Positions 18,200 to 28,749 of a stretch of 58,733 nucleotides of DNA are shown piece after piece. A program made the translations under genes and the position numbers. Location: the NCBI GenBank assembly GCA_036377375.1, contig DASUYO010000064.1, forward strand, positions 1 through 58,733, written 5' to 3'. The DNA is from Pyrinomonadaceae bacterium. Lineage in GTDB: Bacteria; Acidobacteriota; Blastocatellia; Pyrinomonadales; Pyrinomonadaceae. Below the pieces are notes generated by a model. The model did not search any database. It was not told the DNA's origin and saw only the letters and a list, made by a program, of their open reading frames with translations. Positions within the stretch are counted from its first letter, which is position 1, and each line of letters begins with the position of its first letter.

Positions 18200-19882
18200 A
18201 TGTCTGCACACGCTGAAGCCATCATCACCGCGGGTTTGAGACCTGACCTCTTCGCCGGCCGCGGTATCTTAACTAACAGTCGAACCCTCGTATTCGCCGC
18301 CCTGATCGTCTTGATGGTCGCGGGCCTTGGTTTCCGTGTCACCGGTCTGAGCGCAGAGGGGTTAAGTGAAGACGAGCTCAACAAACTCAATGCGGTCGCG
18401 GATTATCGTGCTCACGGTCTAACCGGCGCAAACGGGGAACATCCGATGTTGATGAAGTCGTTTCAGGCAGGGTCGTTAATTCTTGCCGAGAAGTGGAACA
18501 GCAGCTCGTTTGTCGCTTCCCGACCGTCCAACCGTATCGCTCCCGAAACTGCGTTGCGACTGCCGGGCGCAATCGTCGGTGCGCTAAGTGTCTTTTTGAT
18601 CTTTTTGATTGCTTCCGAATTGTTCGGCTACGAAGTCGCGCTGATCGCAGCCGCGTTATGGACTTTCGATCCCGCCGCCATCGGTTTCAGCCGCATCGCG
18701 AAGGAAGATTCGTTTTTACTTTTCTTCTTCCTGTTGGCGAATGTGTTTTGGCTGCGTGGCCAACGTGTTGCCGAGAGCACCGATCGCAGTCCGAATAAGT
18801 ACTACTGGGCCACCGCCGCTTCGTACGGAGCGATGGTCGCATCGAAATACGTGCCTCACCTCTTCACGATCAGCATCTGCTACTACTGGATGTTTCAGAA
18901 TCTTCCCGAGACTCGTTGGCGACTCGGAAAGAAACGTCTCCTCATGTTCTTCGTGATCATGGGACTCGTGTTTCTCATGCTGAGTCCGACAATCCTGCTG
19001 CCTGAGACGTGGCGCCAGATGGGACTGTTTGCCAGCAGCCAGCGTATTGGTCATGACGGCTACGAGTTTATGAACCGGATTTACTCGCATCGTTTGAACG
19101 ACTGGCTCAGCGGCATTCCGTTCTACTTCTATTTTGTTTTCACCGCAGTCAAACTTCCCTTGTTGACTGTGCTGGCGTTTCTGACTGGCTTGCCGTTGTT
19201 GTTCCGGCGCAAGCTGGGCGACGGACGTTATTTTATTCTGTTCTGGTTCCTGATGTGGGGGGTGGCGTTCTGTTTTCCGGGCGGGAAGTTCACGCGTTAT
19301 TACACGACCGTGCTGCCCGCTGTGCTTATCACCAGCGCACTCGGTATTCAACTCGCGGGGCGTTGGCTGGCTAATTGGGCCGGCAGCTTGCGACACTACA
19401 TTCCTGCGGGTCTCGCAGTGATTGTTATTGCCGCATCGGTGATTAACTCCGTGCAGGCAGCGCCGCACTTTCGTTTATTTACGAACTCGATTGGCGGCGG
19501 CACTGCGTGGGCCGGTTACTACTTCCCACACGATGAGTTTTACGATGCGAGCATGCGCGATGTGATGTCGGAGATTGCGAGGCGCGCCCGACCTGGCGCT
19601 CGCGTTGCGAGTGAGAGCCCATCATTGGCGGAATATTACGCTGAGCGTGAAAACCGCCGCGACCTCATTTTCGTGTCCCTGTCAGATCCCGAAGCAATAA
19701 AACAACTCGATGCCGGAGACTTCATCATCATCGCACGCGGCCGTCGTTACTTCAGCAACGACGCCGTCATCTCCACCCTCCACGACCACGCCACCCCCAC
19801 ATTCGAACTCTCCCTCGCCGCCGTTCCATCGGTAAAAGTGTACGAACTGCCGCAAAAAGGCACAAAATTCACAAACGATTAA
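18200..19882 (+). CDS. ArnT/PMT-like (GT39/GT83-type) membrane glycosyltransferase
   Basis: 560 aa, polytopic N-terminal two-thirds and a soluble C-terminal domain. This matches the general architecture of phospholipid-carrier-dependent glycosyltransferases. The C-terminal PQKGTKFTND is encoded by a family A repeat. Confidence 0.75.
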   Translation: MSAHAEAIITAGLRPDLFAGRGILTNSRTLVFAALIVLMVAGLGFRVTGLSAEGLSEDELNKLNAVADYRAHGLTGANGEHPMLMKSFQAGSLILAEKWNSSSFVASRPSNRIAPETALRLPGAIVGALSVFLIFLIASELFGYEVALIAAALWTFDPAAIGFSRIAKEDSFLLFFFLLANVFWLRGQRVAESTDRSPNKYYWATAASYGAMVASKYVPHLFTISICYYWMFQNLPETRWRLGKKRLLMFFVIMGLVFLMLSPTILLPETWRQMGLFASSQRIGHDGYEFMNRIYSHRLNDWLSGIPFYFYFVFTAVKLPLLTVLAFLTGLPLLFRRKLGDGRYFILFWFLMWGVAFCFPGGKFTRYYTTVLPAVLITSALGIQLAGRWLANWAGSLRHYIPAGLAVIVIAASVINSVQAAPHFRLFTNSIGGGTAWAGYYFPHDEFYDASMRDVMSEIARRARPGARVASESPSLAEYYAERENRRDLIFVSLSDPEAIKQLDAGDFIIIARGRRYFSNDAVISTLHDHATPTFELSLAAVPSVKVYELPQKGTKFTND

Positions 19883-19936
19883 CCTGAATTATTTTGTGCT
19901 TTTTGTGCCTTTTTGTGGCTAACTTTTTTGTGGCTA
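19849..19936. repeat. family A repeat as an inverted pair between convergent genes
   Basis: tgccgcaaaaaggcacaaaattcacaaacg ... ttttgtgctttttgtgcctttttgtggctaacttttttgtggcta. It covers both stop codons (19882 and 19934). Confidence 0.88.
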
Positions 19937-21736
19937 ATCGTGTCTGAGCTCGACCTCAACAGGTTTCGCGTCTTTCGAGTCGTAGCCCTCGGGCCAGTAT
20001 GAGATGTTGACGCCGTAGAGCCAGTCCGATTCGGGTGTGACTGCGAAACGAATCTTTAGTGGCAATCCACGCATCGCCCGTAGACGCAAAAACATTCCTG
20101 TCAAACGCCACTCCTGATTGATGGGCTGCCCTTTTGGCTCAACGGGAATTAGTCGCGAGCCGCCATCCCAGTCTTCAACAAAAAGCGTGACTCGTGTCTT
20201 GACGAATTCCGGCGAAGCATCCACCGGCAACACGGGCTGGACGTGTGCACGAACAATAATCTCGCTCACCTTGCGGCGGTCTTCGCGCGCGGGAACGGTG
20301 TATTCGAGATAACCCGATCCAGAACCCCAGATGTAACCCACACCCTCACCGATCTTCTCGAAACGTTCCGCACTCGCCATCTGCGGCTTGAACTGATAAA
20401 GGATCGACTTGTCTTCTCGCACGATCATCTGCGGCACCGTCGCAGGGTCACCAGTGGCGCGCGTCCATGCAAACTGTCGCGGTATAACGTGCTTTTCATT
20501 GTCCTGCACGTGCGCCGGTATCTCGGCCGCTTCCAATTGAGCAAACATTTGCGACGCATGCGCGACCTCGCTGAGCAACTCCTGATCGCGTGGCGTTGTA
20601 TAAGTCACTCCATATCCACGCCGCGGATCCGGAGTCAGGATCCAAAACATGGCGCCTCCTGCGCCTGCTCGCAGACTGCCTTCGAACAACGCTCTGTACC
20701 ATTCCAGTTGCGAGGCGCCATTGAAGGCATCCACTCCCATTCCGAACTCGCCAAACACCAACGGCTTTCGAATCGAAAACGCAGCCGCCGCACGATTCTC
20801 GATGAACTCTTTCAACGCTTCCGGCGAATCTACAAAGCTGTCGTGATCGTCGCGCGGATAATTGTGCACGTCGCAATAGTCGATGGTCGGAATCGCATGA
20901 TCCGCCAACCACTCGCGCCGTTCAGACGATGAGCGATAGCCCCACGCGCCTGGCGCAATCATGTGGTTTGGATCGAGCGACTTGAGATATGCACTCATCT
21001 CCGCAAACCACGCGCGTCTTTCAGCCCCACGCCCCGTGATCGCCTGCGCTTCATTCATCAGCTCCCAACCGAAGATCGTCGGATCATCGCGATAGATGAC
21101 TCCGGTGATCGTGTTTCTACGCGTCGCCAGTTTTTCCAGGTGCTCGCGATAAAGACGACGCGTTTCAGGATTTGAGTAGAAGAGCATCGCTTTCTCGTTA
21201 TTGACGCCATACTTGTATCTGTCGTCCGCGGCATCGTTAATTCCCGCCCAGCGCAGGTACTGCGTGACGCCTCCCGTATCGCGCCACCAGTTCGTCAAAC
21301 AGAGTTGCACGTAAATGTTGTTCTTTGCCGCTTCGGCGATCACTCGATCGAGATGCACGAACTCATCTTCATTCCACTGTCCTGGAGCGAGTCGAAAATA
21401 GTGATGTCGCGGCCAGTCTTCGAAATCCGCAACCGGTTTGACGTCGTTCGGGCCGCCTTCGCCGAAGGCCCACACGCGCACGACTTTGATCCCCGCTTGC
21501 GCCGCCTGACGCAGAGTTTCGGGCATGCGTTCGCGGTCCTGGTCGCGATACATGACCGAGACATTCGCGCCGACAAACCGAAACGGCTTTTGGCCGATCA
21601 TGAAACGTCCGCCTCGTTGTCGCACAAACTGATTCTTCGAATCGTTATTCGCGACGTTCGGAGAGGCGACCAAAAATAGAACCGCCGCGCTTCCAACGAG
21701 GACCAGCGCGGCGACCGCAAACAGTTTCTTCTTCAT
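19934..21736 (-). CDS. secreted glycoside hydrolase family 5-like protein (mannanase/cellulase type) with a C-terminal beta-rich domain
   Basis: Signal peptide MKKKLFAVAALVLVGSAAV. Catalytic-acid context WELMNEAQ and nucleophile context LVFGEFG. The ATG is at 21736. Confidence 0.8.
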   Translation of the reverse strand: MKKKLFAVAALVLVGSAAVLFLVASPNVANNDSKNQFVRQRGGRFMIGQKPFRFVGANVSVMYRDQDRERMPETLRQAAQAGIKVVRVWAFGEGGPNDVKPVADFEDWPRHHYFRLAPGQWNEDEFVHLDRVIAEAAKNNIYVQLCLTNWWRDTGGVTQYLRWAGINDAADDRYKYGVNNEKAMLFYSNPETRRLYREHLEKLATRRNTITGVIYRDDPTIFGWELMNEAQAITGRGAERRAWFAEMSAYLKSLDPNHMIAPGAWGYRSSSERREWLADHAIPTIDYCDVHNYPRDDHDSFVDSPEALKEFIENRAAAAFSIRKPLVFGEFGMGVDAFNGASQLEWYRALFEGSLRAGAGGAMFWILTPDPRRGYGVTYTTPRDQELLSEVAHASQMFAQLEAAEIPAHVQDNEKHVIPRQFAWTRATGDPATVPQMIVREDKSILYQFKPQMASAERFEKIGEGVGYIWGSGSGYLEYTVPAREDRRKVSEIIVRAHVQPVLPVDASPEFVKTRVTLFVEDWDGGSRLIPVEPKGQPINQEWRLTGMFLRLRAMRGLPLKIRFAVTPESDWLYGVNISYWPEGYDSKDAKPVEVELRHD

Positions 21737-21766
21737 CAACGCAGTAAAAAACCCTAACTTAATCGG

Positions 21767-22129
21767 CTATCGCGGACTCGTCATTTTAACAAAGCCCATG
21801 ATCGCACACACGGCACCCAGCACGACAAACAGATTGAAAAATGCGCCCACTCCGAGCGCCGTTGTGAGATCGACCGAATTCTGACTCATGCCGAGAACCA
21901 CAAACACGCCAAACAGTAAAAAGTGGAGGTGATAAAGAATCAGGCAGACCGCCGCGTATGAAAACCAACGCGCGGAGGGTCCGAAAGCGGGCGAGCGTGC
22001 GAAACCGAGCACGGCAGCGATCAACCAGCCGACGCCTCCCGCAATCAACAACAGCAAGACAACCACGAGGAAGTAGCCCGGCTGAGTAGCGCGAAGCTGC
22101 TGCTGGAGCATTATCAGGAGTGGGAACAT
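21767..22129 (-). CDS. hypothetical integral membrane protein (about 4 TM)
   Basis: 120-aa hydrophobic ORF preceded by a strong SD (gagaaggagaatc on the coding strand). Confidence 0.65.
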   Translation of the reverse strand: MFPLLIMLQQQLRATQPGYFLVVVLLLLIAGGVGWLIAAVLGFARSPAFGPSARWFSYAAVCLILYHLHFLLFGVFVVLGMSQNSVDLTTALGVGAFFNLFVVLGAVCAIMGFVKMTSPR

Positions 22130-22190
22130 TGTCTCTGCGATTCTCCTTCTCTAATCCTCTTCGTCTGGAAAGGTTCTTGTACATCTTCTG

Positions 22191-22248
22191 AACAAAAACG
22201 AGCGCCGTCTGCGCACGTAAGCCGCTTCGTAGGTGCACAAACGGCGTC
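22191..22248 (-). terminator. rho-independent terminator downstream of the 72-aa membrane protein gene
   Basis: The minus strand reads gacgccgtttgtgcac-ctacgaagcggcttac-gtgcgcagacggcgctc followed by gtttttgtt. Confidence 0.7.
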
Positions 22249-22323
22249 CAATATTTGTCGGTTTAGCAGGCGCAAGTTTATACAGCGGGGATCTGTGGCC
22301 CGCTGAGCAAGCAATTAGCGCCG

Positions 22324-22542
22324 CTATTGCGTAATGTGAATCTCTTCCTCTTTGTTTACGTGGCCGAGAAAGTATATCAAACCACAAACAAAGGCGATTG
22401 CTGCCAGCCCGAGTGCGATCCATCCCGATGTGTGACCGCCGGCGGGGTTCGGATCGGTCACAAACTTGTAGAAATAAAAGATGGCGCCAATGGTGGCGGC
22501 AATTCCCACGATTATCGCGAGAATGTCTTTCAGGCTTTTCAT
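22324..22542 (-). CDS. small hypothetical membrane protein (2 TM)
   Basis: 72-aa ORF with two hydrophobic helices (ILAIIVGIAATIGAIFYFY and WIALGLAAIAFVCGLIYFL). It has its own terminator. Confidence 0.6.
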   Translation of the reverse strand: MKSLKDILAIIVGIAATIGAIFYFYKFVTDPNPAGGHTSGWIALGLAAIAFVCGLIYFLGHVNKEEEIHITQ

Positions 22543-22671
22543 TTTGACCTCCGGCCAGGAAATTGAATATGAAGGTTAAGGAAAAAGCCGCTTCTGTTCG
22601 TTAATAATGATGGCTGCATGTTAACGCTGGGGCGCAAAGGAATGCAAGTCAGATATTTACTGAGGGTTGTC

Positions 22672-22741
22672 AGCCACAAAGAACCACACAAGGCACGATG
22701 CTAAGGTCGACTTTTGTGCATCTTGTGCTTTTTTGTGGCTG
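22672..22741. repeat. family A repeat as an inverted pair downstream of selB
   Basis: agccacaaagaaccacacaaggcac ... ttttgtgcatcttgtgcttttttgtggct. Confidence 0.85.
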
Positions 22742-22765
22742 TTTGTCTGATGTGGCAGAGGCGGC

Positions 22766-24691
22766 TTAGCGGGGATTCAGAATGAGGCGTTTGTCGCCGG
22801 CGCGGCGGGTGATTTGTTCGCGGTCGAAGTATTCGAGAAGGGGAATGGCGTATTTGCGTGAGACGCCGGCGAGGTCTTTGAAGGTCGGGACGTCGATGAG
22901 GCGTTCGGGCTCGTGCTGTGAGGCGTAAGCTTGTAGTTTGGTTTTTAGGTCCTGAATCACGTTGGCATGCATGAACATGTCGCCCTGGACGCGAATGAGC
23001 TTTCCGCCATCGAGCAGCAATTGGAGAAGCTTACGGGCTTGTGCGCGCTGGGCGGCGGGCACGTTCGCTTTTGTCATCGCATCATCGAGTGAAGGTGCTT
23101 CAACGCCTGCCGCGAGATAGATTTGCTCAATACGCTTACTTAATTCGCTATCTCGTGCAGACAGGCCGACGCTGTGCTTGCTCGAGCGCACGATATCCTT
23201 CTCCGAAATTACTTTCCCTTCAGCTTCGAGTCGCGCAAGCACACCATTGAATAGCTCCGGCCAGGCGTGCGTGAATACCTTCTCACGGAGCGTCTCACGT
23301 AACATTCCGCGCGCCAGCGGCTCGCGCTTGTGATACCGCTCCAACTCAGTAACAACCGCGCCACTGAAACGCTCGAGATTCTCACGCGCGAGATACACAC
23401 CGCCTACCTCAATCACAGAACTCTTTGCCTGCGCTTCCGATGCAACTCGAATAAGAACGTCATTGGTCCAACCTGTCGCTGCCGCAATATCTGAAAGCCG
23501 CAACCCCTTATCGCCCGAAGCTCGAACAAAACCCTCGAACTTCGCCGCACGCTCTTCACGCATCAACAAGCGCAACAGTTGCAACGTATGCTCCATCTCG
23601 CGCCCGCGATGTTTTCCTGCAAACGGATCAACGATCACTCCGCCAGCAATCGTCTCAGCGGGCGAGTAACTCCGCAGGATAAAGCGATCGCCATGCACTG
23701 CGACTACCGGCGCCTCGAGTCTTACCTGCGCCAAGCCGCCACTTCCCGCTGCAATCTGCTGAGAACTTTCCAACACTCTTACACGTCCCAAAACTTCGGC
23801 TGCGCCAATGTGAAAGCGAACTCGCGAACGCGATCGGACTGCACGTGAAGCAGTCGGCAACACATCGATCCAAACGTCGATGATCTGCGTTGGCCGCAAA
23901 CGCCTGGCCGCAGCGAGCACCATCCCACGTTCAATTTGCGCCCTCTCGATACCTCCGAGATTCACTGCCGTTCGCTGTCCGGCCTGTGCCTCGTGAACAG
24001 GCTTGTTGTGCACCTGCAATCCACGCACTCGCGCGCTAACACCCGCTGGCAACAACTCCAGCTCATCGCTTTCTGTGATCTTCCCTGAGATCAACGTTCC
24101 GGTAACGACTGCGCCAAAGCCCTTCATCGAAAACGCCCGGTCGATCGGCAGCCGCATCACGAAATCGCCAGACCTCGCCGGCACACGCTTTCCCAACTCC
24201 ATCAGGCGTGACTTCAAATCTTCGAGACCCGCTCCCGTGCGTGAGCTCACTGCCAATACCGGCGCATTTTCCAGAAAAGATCCAGCGACCAATTCGCGCG
24301 TTTCATCTTCAACGAGTACGAGCATCTCTTCATCGATCAGATCTTTCTTCGTGATCACGACCAGCCCATTATTGACGCCGAGTAAACGGCAGATATCGAA
24401 GTGTTCGCGCGTCTGCGGCATCACACCCTCATCCGCCGCGATCACCAGCGCGAGCAGATCGATGCCGTGCGCGCCCGCCAGCATGTTTTTGACGAAACGC
24501 TCATGGCCGGGAACGTCAACGAAGCCAATGCGCAGGTCGCCTAGCTCGAGATCGGCGAAACCGAGATCGATGGTGATGCCGCGACGTTTTTCTTCAGGAA
24601 GGCGATCAGGATCAATGCCGGTCAACGCGCGGACGAGGGCGCTCTTTCCGTGATCAATGTGACCGGCAGTGCCAACGATCAGAGACTTCAT
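22766..24691 (-). CDS. selB: selenocysteine-specific translation elongation factor SelB
   Basis: N-terminal GTPase [27 protein letters not shown] and a long C-terminal winged-helix extension typical of bacterial SelB. The ATG is at 24691; a GTG at 24697 is also possible. Confidence 0.93.
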   Translation of the reverse strand: MKSLIVGTAGHIDHGKSALVRALTGIDPDRLPEEKRRGITIDLGFADLELGDLRIGFVDVPGHERFVKNMLAGAHGIDLLALVIAADEGVMPQTREHFDICRLLGVNNGLVVITKKDLIDEEMLVLVEDETRELVAGSFLENAPVLAVSSRTGAGLEDLKSRLMELGKRVPARSGDFVMRLPIDRAFSMKGFGAVVTGTLISGKITESDELELLPAGVSARVRGLQVHNKPVHEAQAGQRTAVNLGGIERAQIERGMVLAAARRLRPTQIIDVWIDVLPTASRAVRSRSRVRFHIGAAEVLGRVRVLESSQQIAAGSGGLAQVRLEAPVVAVHGDRFILRSYSPAETIAGGVIVDPFAGKHRGREMEHTLQLLRLLMREERAAKFEGFVRASGDKGLRLSDIAAATGWTNDVLIRVASEAQAKSSVIEVGGVYLARENLERFSGAVVTELERYHKREPLARGMLRETLREKVFTHAWPELFNGVLARLEAEGKVISEKDIVRSSKHSVGLSARDSELSKRIEQIYLAAGVEAPSLDDAMTKANVPAAQRAQARKLLQLLLDGGKLIRVQGDMFMHANVIQDLKTKLQAYASQHEPERLIDVPTFKDLAGVSRKYAIPLLEYFDREQITRRAGDKRLILNPR

Positions 24692-24694
24692 GGA

Positions 24695-24724
24695 CACGAA
24701 TTTACACGGATTGCTTACGGATTA
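24695..24724. repeat. family B-like units (CACGAATTTA CACGGATTG CTTACGGATTA)
   Basis: Spans the bshA stop and the bshA-selB junction. The units are degenerate. Confidence 0.45.
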
Positions 24725-25835
24725 TTTCTTCGTAGAAATCGATGTACTGAGGAATGATAACATCAGTGCGGTAACGGCTGATCGCCGACTCACGAGCACG
24801 ATGGCCCATCTCCTTACGGAGTTTCTCGTCGGCAACTAAGTGTGCAGCGTCCGCGGCCATCTTGTCGACATCGCCAACAGGGCTCAGAAATCCCGTTTCA
24901 CCATCCGTCACGACTTCAGGCAAACCACCAACACGCGACGCAATCACAGGAACTTCGCATGCCATTGCCTCCAGCGCCGCCAGTCCAAACGACTCCTGAT
25001 CCGAAGGCAGCAACAGCACATCTGAAGCGGAAAGATAATCGACAATGCGCGGTTGCTTGCCGACAAACGAGCACTGTTCGTAAACACCCAAACAACGCGC
25101 GCGATGCTCACAATTCTGTCGCTCACTGCCGTCGCCAACCATCACCAATCGCGTCTTCAAACCCTTCTTCAAAACACGCGCGAAGATCTCGACACAGTCG
25201 ACGGGCCTCTTCACCGGACGGAAGTTTGAGACGTGAACTAACAATGGTTCGTTTTGCGGCGCCAACGACTCACGCAGACTTTCAACCTCGAGACGCTTGT
25301 AGTCGTACTGGCAGACAAAATTTGGAATCACGCGGATGTTGTCAAAGTGGAATATCTCGCGTGTCGCTTCTTTCAGGTAATTCGAAATCGCGGTGACACC
25401 GTCAGACTGCACGATGCCGTAGCGGGTAATCGGCAGGTACGATCTGTCTGCACCAACAAGCGTGATGTCGGTTCCATGCAGCGTCGTGACTACGGGCAGA
25501 CGCCGGTGCGGCTTAAGCGACTCGCGCGCGAGTATCGCGCTGATTGAATGTGGAATCGCGTAATGAACATGAAGCAGATCGAGATTCTCTTCCTCTGCGA
25601 CTGTCGCCATCTTCGTGGCCAGGGCCAGCGTGTAAGGCTGATGCTCAAACAACGGGTACGACATCATCTCCACTTCGTGAAAACGCACGCGCTCGTTGAG
25701 CTCTGTCAACCTGGTTGGCAGCGCCGATGAAATGAAGTGAACGGTGTGACCGCGTGCAGCGAGTTCTTTGCCGAGTTCAGAGCCGACGATGCCGCTGCCG
25801 CCGTAGGTGGGATAAACCGTGATGCCGATGTTCAT
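24702..25835 (-). CDS. bshA: N-acetyl-alpha-D-glucosaminyl L-malate synthase (bacillithiol biosynthesis glycosyltransferase, GT4)
   Basis: Colinear by eye with Bacillus BshA: [47 protein letters not shown] and [26 protein letters not shown]. Confidence 0.88.
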   Translation of the reverse strand: MNIGITVYPTYGGSGIVGSELGKELAARGHTVHFISSALPTRLTELNERVRFHEVEMMSYPLFEHQPYTLALATKMATVAEEENLDLLHVHYAIPHSISAILARESLKPHRRLPVVTTLHGTDITLVGADRSYLPITRYGIVQSDGVTAISNYLKEATREIFHFDNIRVIPNFVCQYDYKRLEVESLRESLAPQNEPLLVHVSNFRPVKRPVDCVEIFARVLKKGLKTRLVMVGDGSERQNCEHRARCLGVYEQCSFVGKQPRIVDYLSASDVLLLPSDQESFGLAALEAMACEVPVIASRVGGLPEVVTDGETGFLSPVGDVDKMAADAAHLVADEKLRKEMGHRARESAISRYRTDVIIPQYIDFYEEIIRKQSV

Positions 25836-26134
25836 TGCGCTCTCAAAGTATCAAGCACAAAGCACAAACTTCAACCGTGAAAAAGCTTGAGGCAGGCGAC
25901 CCTCGCTATCGCCTGCCTCTTCTCAACTTGACTCACCTTCTGAGAGGGGGGGCAAGTGAGGCGGGGAGTATATTCCTGCTCCGGATTTTTAGCAATGATT
26001 ACTGCAACGTCGGATTGGCTTTTACATAAGAAAGATTTAACTGCCGATTAGTGTTTATTCTGGGAGCTTGCGGCGCACTGCGATAGCCTCGCAAAAAAGC
26101 TATAATGTGTGTGCAAATTCATAGGAGTTTCGTA

Positions 26135-26692
26135 ATGCCGAAGATTAGTGATATCGAAGAAACGCCGAATCCGAACGCCGTTAAATTTATTCTGCGCGAG
26201 CCTGTAAGCAACGGAGTCGCGCGACAGTATGGTTCAGCGGACCTGGCTGAAAACGATCCATTGGCGAAGTCGCTTTTTGATGTGGGCCACGTGGTCTCAG
26301 TCTTTTACATGGACCGGATGATCACCGTCGAGAAGGACGACGAGGCCGACTGGGACGAGCTCCTGCCGGCACTGGCTGTTCCGATTCGTGCTGCCGACGC
26401 CGTGAATGGTGCTGCGGCCGCAGCGGCTGCTGTGGGTGGTCCAATTGCGGCAGTGGCGAGTGACGATCCGCGACTGCTTAGAATCAACGAAATTCTGGAT
26501 GAAAGAGTACGACCGGCGTTGATGGGCGATGGTGGTTATCTCGAAATCATGGGACTGAGTGACCACACCTTGAGCATTCGCTACCAGGGGGCATGCGGCA
26601 GTTGCCCCAGTTCTCTCACAGGAACGCTGATGGCGATCGAGAGCATGTTGAAGCAGGAAGTCGATCCTGAGCTCGAGGTGATCGCAGTTTAA
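26135..26692 (+). CDS. nfuA: Nfu/NifU-type Fe-S cluster carrier (Nfu_N plus NifU C-terminal domain)
   Basis: N-terminal [12 protein letters not shown], poly-Ala linker and C-terminal GACGSCPSS CxxC motif. The SD aggag lies 8 nt upstream of the ATG at 26135. Confidence 0.88.
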   Translation: MPKISDIEETPNPNAVKFILREPVSNGVARQYGSADLAENDPLAKSLFDVGHVVSVFYMDRMITVEKDDEADWDELLPALAVPIRAADAVNGAAAAAAAVGGPIAAVASDDPRLLRINEILDERVRPALMGDGGYLEIMGLSDHTLSIRYQGACGSCPSSLTGTLMAIESMLKQEVDPELEVIAV

Positions 26693-26772
26693 GTTTTGGA
26701 ACCGAATCTCACCCCGGACGTGTAAACTGTCCGGCTATATCCATCCGCATTTCCGTCCAACAGGAGTTTCGT

Positions 26773-28641
26773 ATGCGCCTACCCTTCTCCGCATTTGCGT
26801 TGAGTCTCTGCCTTGCTCTGTTTGCCGCAACCACTTTCGCCCAGCCCAAGAAGCCTAAAGCCAGCACAGAAGACGCCGACGCCGAAGCTGCGCAACAACG
26901 CACAGTCGCGATCTCGCTGGTCACAAGCCTCGCCGACGAAGCTCGCAGCTTTAAGGATCAAACGCGCCGAGCCCGTGTGCAGGCTCGCGCCGCGGACGTG
27001 CTGTGGGACAGCGATCCGGAGCGAGCGCGAGAACTCTTCCGGCGCGCTTGGGAAGCTGCTGAGATCGTTGATGCCGAAGCAGCCAGGAAACGCGCGGAGG
27101 AGATGAAACGAATGGAAGGTGAAGGCGGCCCGGTCGTAGTACGCGGCGGGCCGGACTTGCGTAGTGAAGTCTTGCGCCTCGTTGCTAAACGTGATCGCGC
27201 ACTCGGCGAAGAGTTTCTGAAAGCACTCGATGAATCAGCAGAGAAGGAACGCAACCAGATTGCCCAAGACCAGCGGCGGAACAACGCTGGCGGTAGCCTC
27301 GGCGGGTCGCAACGCCTGCAACTCGCGCGCAGATTAGTTGAAGATGGCGAAGTGGAACGAGCGCTCCAGTTTGCCACGCCCGCACTCGACTCAGTCAATA
27401 TCGATTCGATCTTCTTCCTTTCGGCTTTGCGAGAGAAGAACGCACAGCTCGCCGACGCGGCTTACACGAATCTCCTTGCTCGTGCAGCGCGCGATCCAAA
27501 TTCTGACGCAAACACGGTTTCCGGTTTGTCGTCGTATCTCTTCACGCCTTTTCTTTACGTCACGTTTGAGCGGCAGGGTGGAGCGAATCAAGCCCGGCAA
27601 AGAGGTCCAACGCCTCCTCCTGAAATCGATGCGACATTGCGAAACAACTTCCTGAAGGTTGCATACCAAATTCTGATGCAGCCTCTACCCGCGCCGGATC
27701 AAGATCGCACCTCATCAGGACGCACCGGAAAGTATTTAATGATCAAACGGCTGCTCCCGCTGTTTGAACAGTATGCCCCGGATCTCGCTCCGGGATTGCG
27801 CACGCAATTGACGGCGCTTGGCTCGTACGTACCTACTGACCTGCAACAGGGTGAGAACCGCGCTGTAAGTGTCGGGATCCAGCCTGATGAGTCTGAAGGC
27901 GATGCTGTCCAACGAATGCAGGAACGGTTGGACCATGCAAAGACTGCGGACGATCGCGACGCTATCTACGCCGATTACGCCGTATCGCTTTCGCAGAATG
28001 GCGATCCGCGCGCAAGAGATTTGATCGACAAGATTGAAAACATTGAGCTGCGCAAGAGCGTCAAGGCCTATACAGATTTCCAGCTTGTTCAACTCGCGAT
28101 TCGAAACAAAGATGCCGCCGAAACAATTCGACTCGTCAAAACCGGAGATATCACCAGTGTTCAAAAGGTCTGGGCACTCACCAGCGCCGCAAAACTCGTC
28201 GTTGCCAACGAGCGCTCACGCGCGACCGACATGCTTGAAGAAGCACTCACCGAAAGTCGCCGCATCAGTGCAAGCGATCCGGATCGCGCTCGTGCACTCA
28301 CTGCCGTTGCGGTTGGGTTTGGAGATATCGATCGTGTGCGTGCGTGGGAGGTTCTCGGCGAGGTCGTGAAAGCGGCAAACGGCGCCGATGCTTACACGGG
28401 CGAGGACAGCCGCATCTCTTCACGACTGCAAACCAGGTTCATGGTAGTGATGACCAACAGCACCGCCGAAGATTTTGACTTGCTTGCGCTTTTCAGGCAT
28501 CTTGCACGCGCCGATCTTCTTCGCGCCGTGCAGATTGCGAAGACATTTACCGGCGAAGCGCCGCGGGCTGTAGCCACGTTGGCGATTGCCCGCTCAGTCC
28601 TCGAGAAACGAAAAGAAATAAGAAGTGGTCTGACGAACTAA
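26773..28641 (+). CDS. secreted all-alpha hypothetical protein, tandem paralog 1
   Basis: 622 aa with signal peptide LSLCLALFAATTFAQ. It aligns end to end with the next gene (shared VERALQFA, LREKN, SDANTVS.LSSY.FTP.LY.TF, KRLLP.FEQ.AP, PRAVAT.AIAR). Confidence 0.75.
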   Translation: MRLPFSAFALSLCLALFAATTFAQPKKPKASTEDADAEAAQQRTVAISLVTSLADEARSFKDQTRRARVQARAADVLWDSDPERARELFRRAWEAAEIVDAEAARKRAEEMKRMEGEGGPVVVRGGPDLRSEVLRLVAKRDRALGEEFLKALDESAEKERNQIAQDQRRNNAGGSLGGSQRLQLARRLVEDGEVERALQFATPALDSVNIDSIFFLSALREKNAQLADAAYTNLLARAARDPNSDANTVSGLSSYLFTPFLYVTFERQGGANQARQRGPTPPPEIDATLRNNFLKVAYQILMQPLPAPDQDRTSSGRTGKYLMIKRLLPLFEQYAPDLAPGLRTQLTALGSYVPTDLQQGENRAVSVGIQPDESEGDAVQRMQERLDHAKTADDRDAIYADYAVSLSQNGDPRARDLIDKIENIELRKSVKAYTDFQLVQLAIRNKDAAETIRLVKTGDITSVQKVWALTSAAKLVVANERSRATDMLEEALTESRRISASDPDRARALTAVAVGFGDIDRVRAWEVLGEVVKAANGADAYTGEDSRISSRLQTRFMVVMTNSTAEDFDLLALFRHLARADLLRAVQIAKTFTGEAPRAVATLAIARSVLEKRKEIRSGLTN

Positions 28642-28651
28642 CTTGGGTCGA

Positions 28652-28737
28652 CTGTAGGGGCGGCCCTCCGTGGCCGCCCGTCGTTGGGTAAACGCACCTC
28701 TTCCAGAACGGGCGGCCACGGACGGCCGCCCCTACAG
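28652..28737. repeat. family D palindromic element, second copy
   Basis: ctgtaggggcggccctccgtggccgcccgtcgttggg...gaacgggcggccacggacggccgcccctacag. It occupies the spacer between the two paralogs. Confidence 0.9.
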
Positions 28738-28749
28738 ATGTTTCCAACT

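Noticed and set aside
26066-26106. A sigma-70 promoter for nfu based on the tataat at 26101.
   Set aside because: The only TTG-type -35 candidate (ttgcgg at about 26067) is too far from the -10 for a canonical spacing. This was not supportable by eye.
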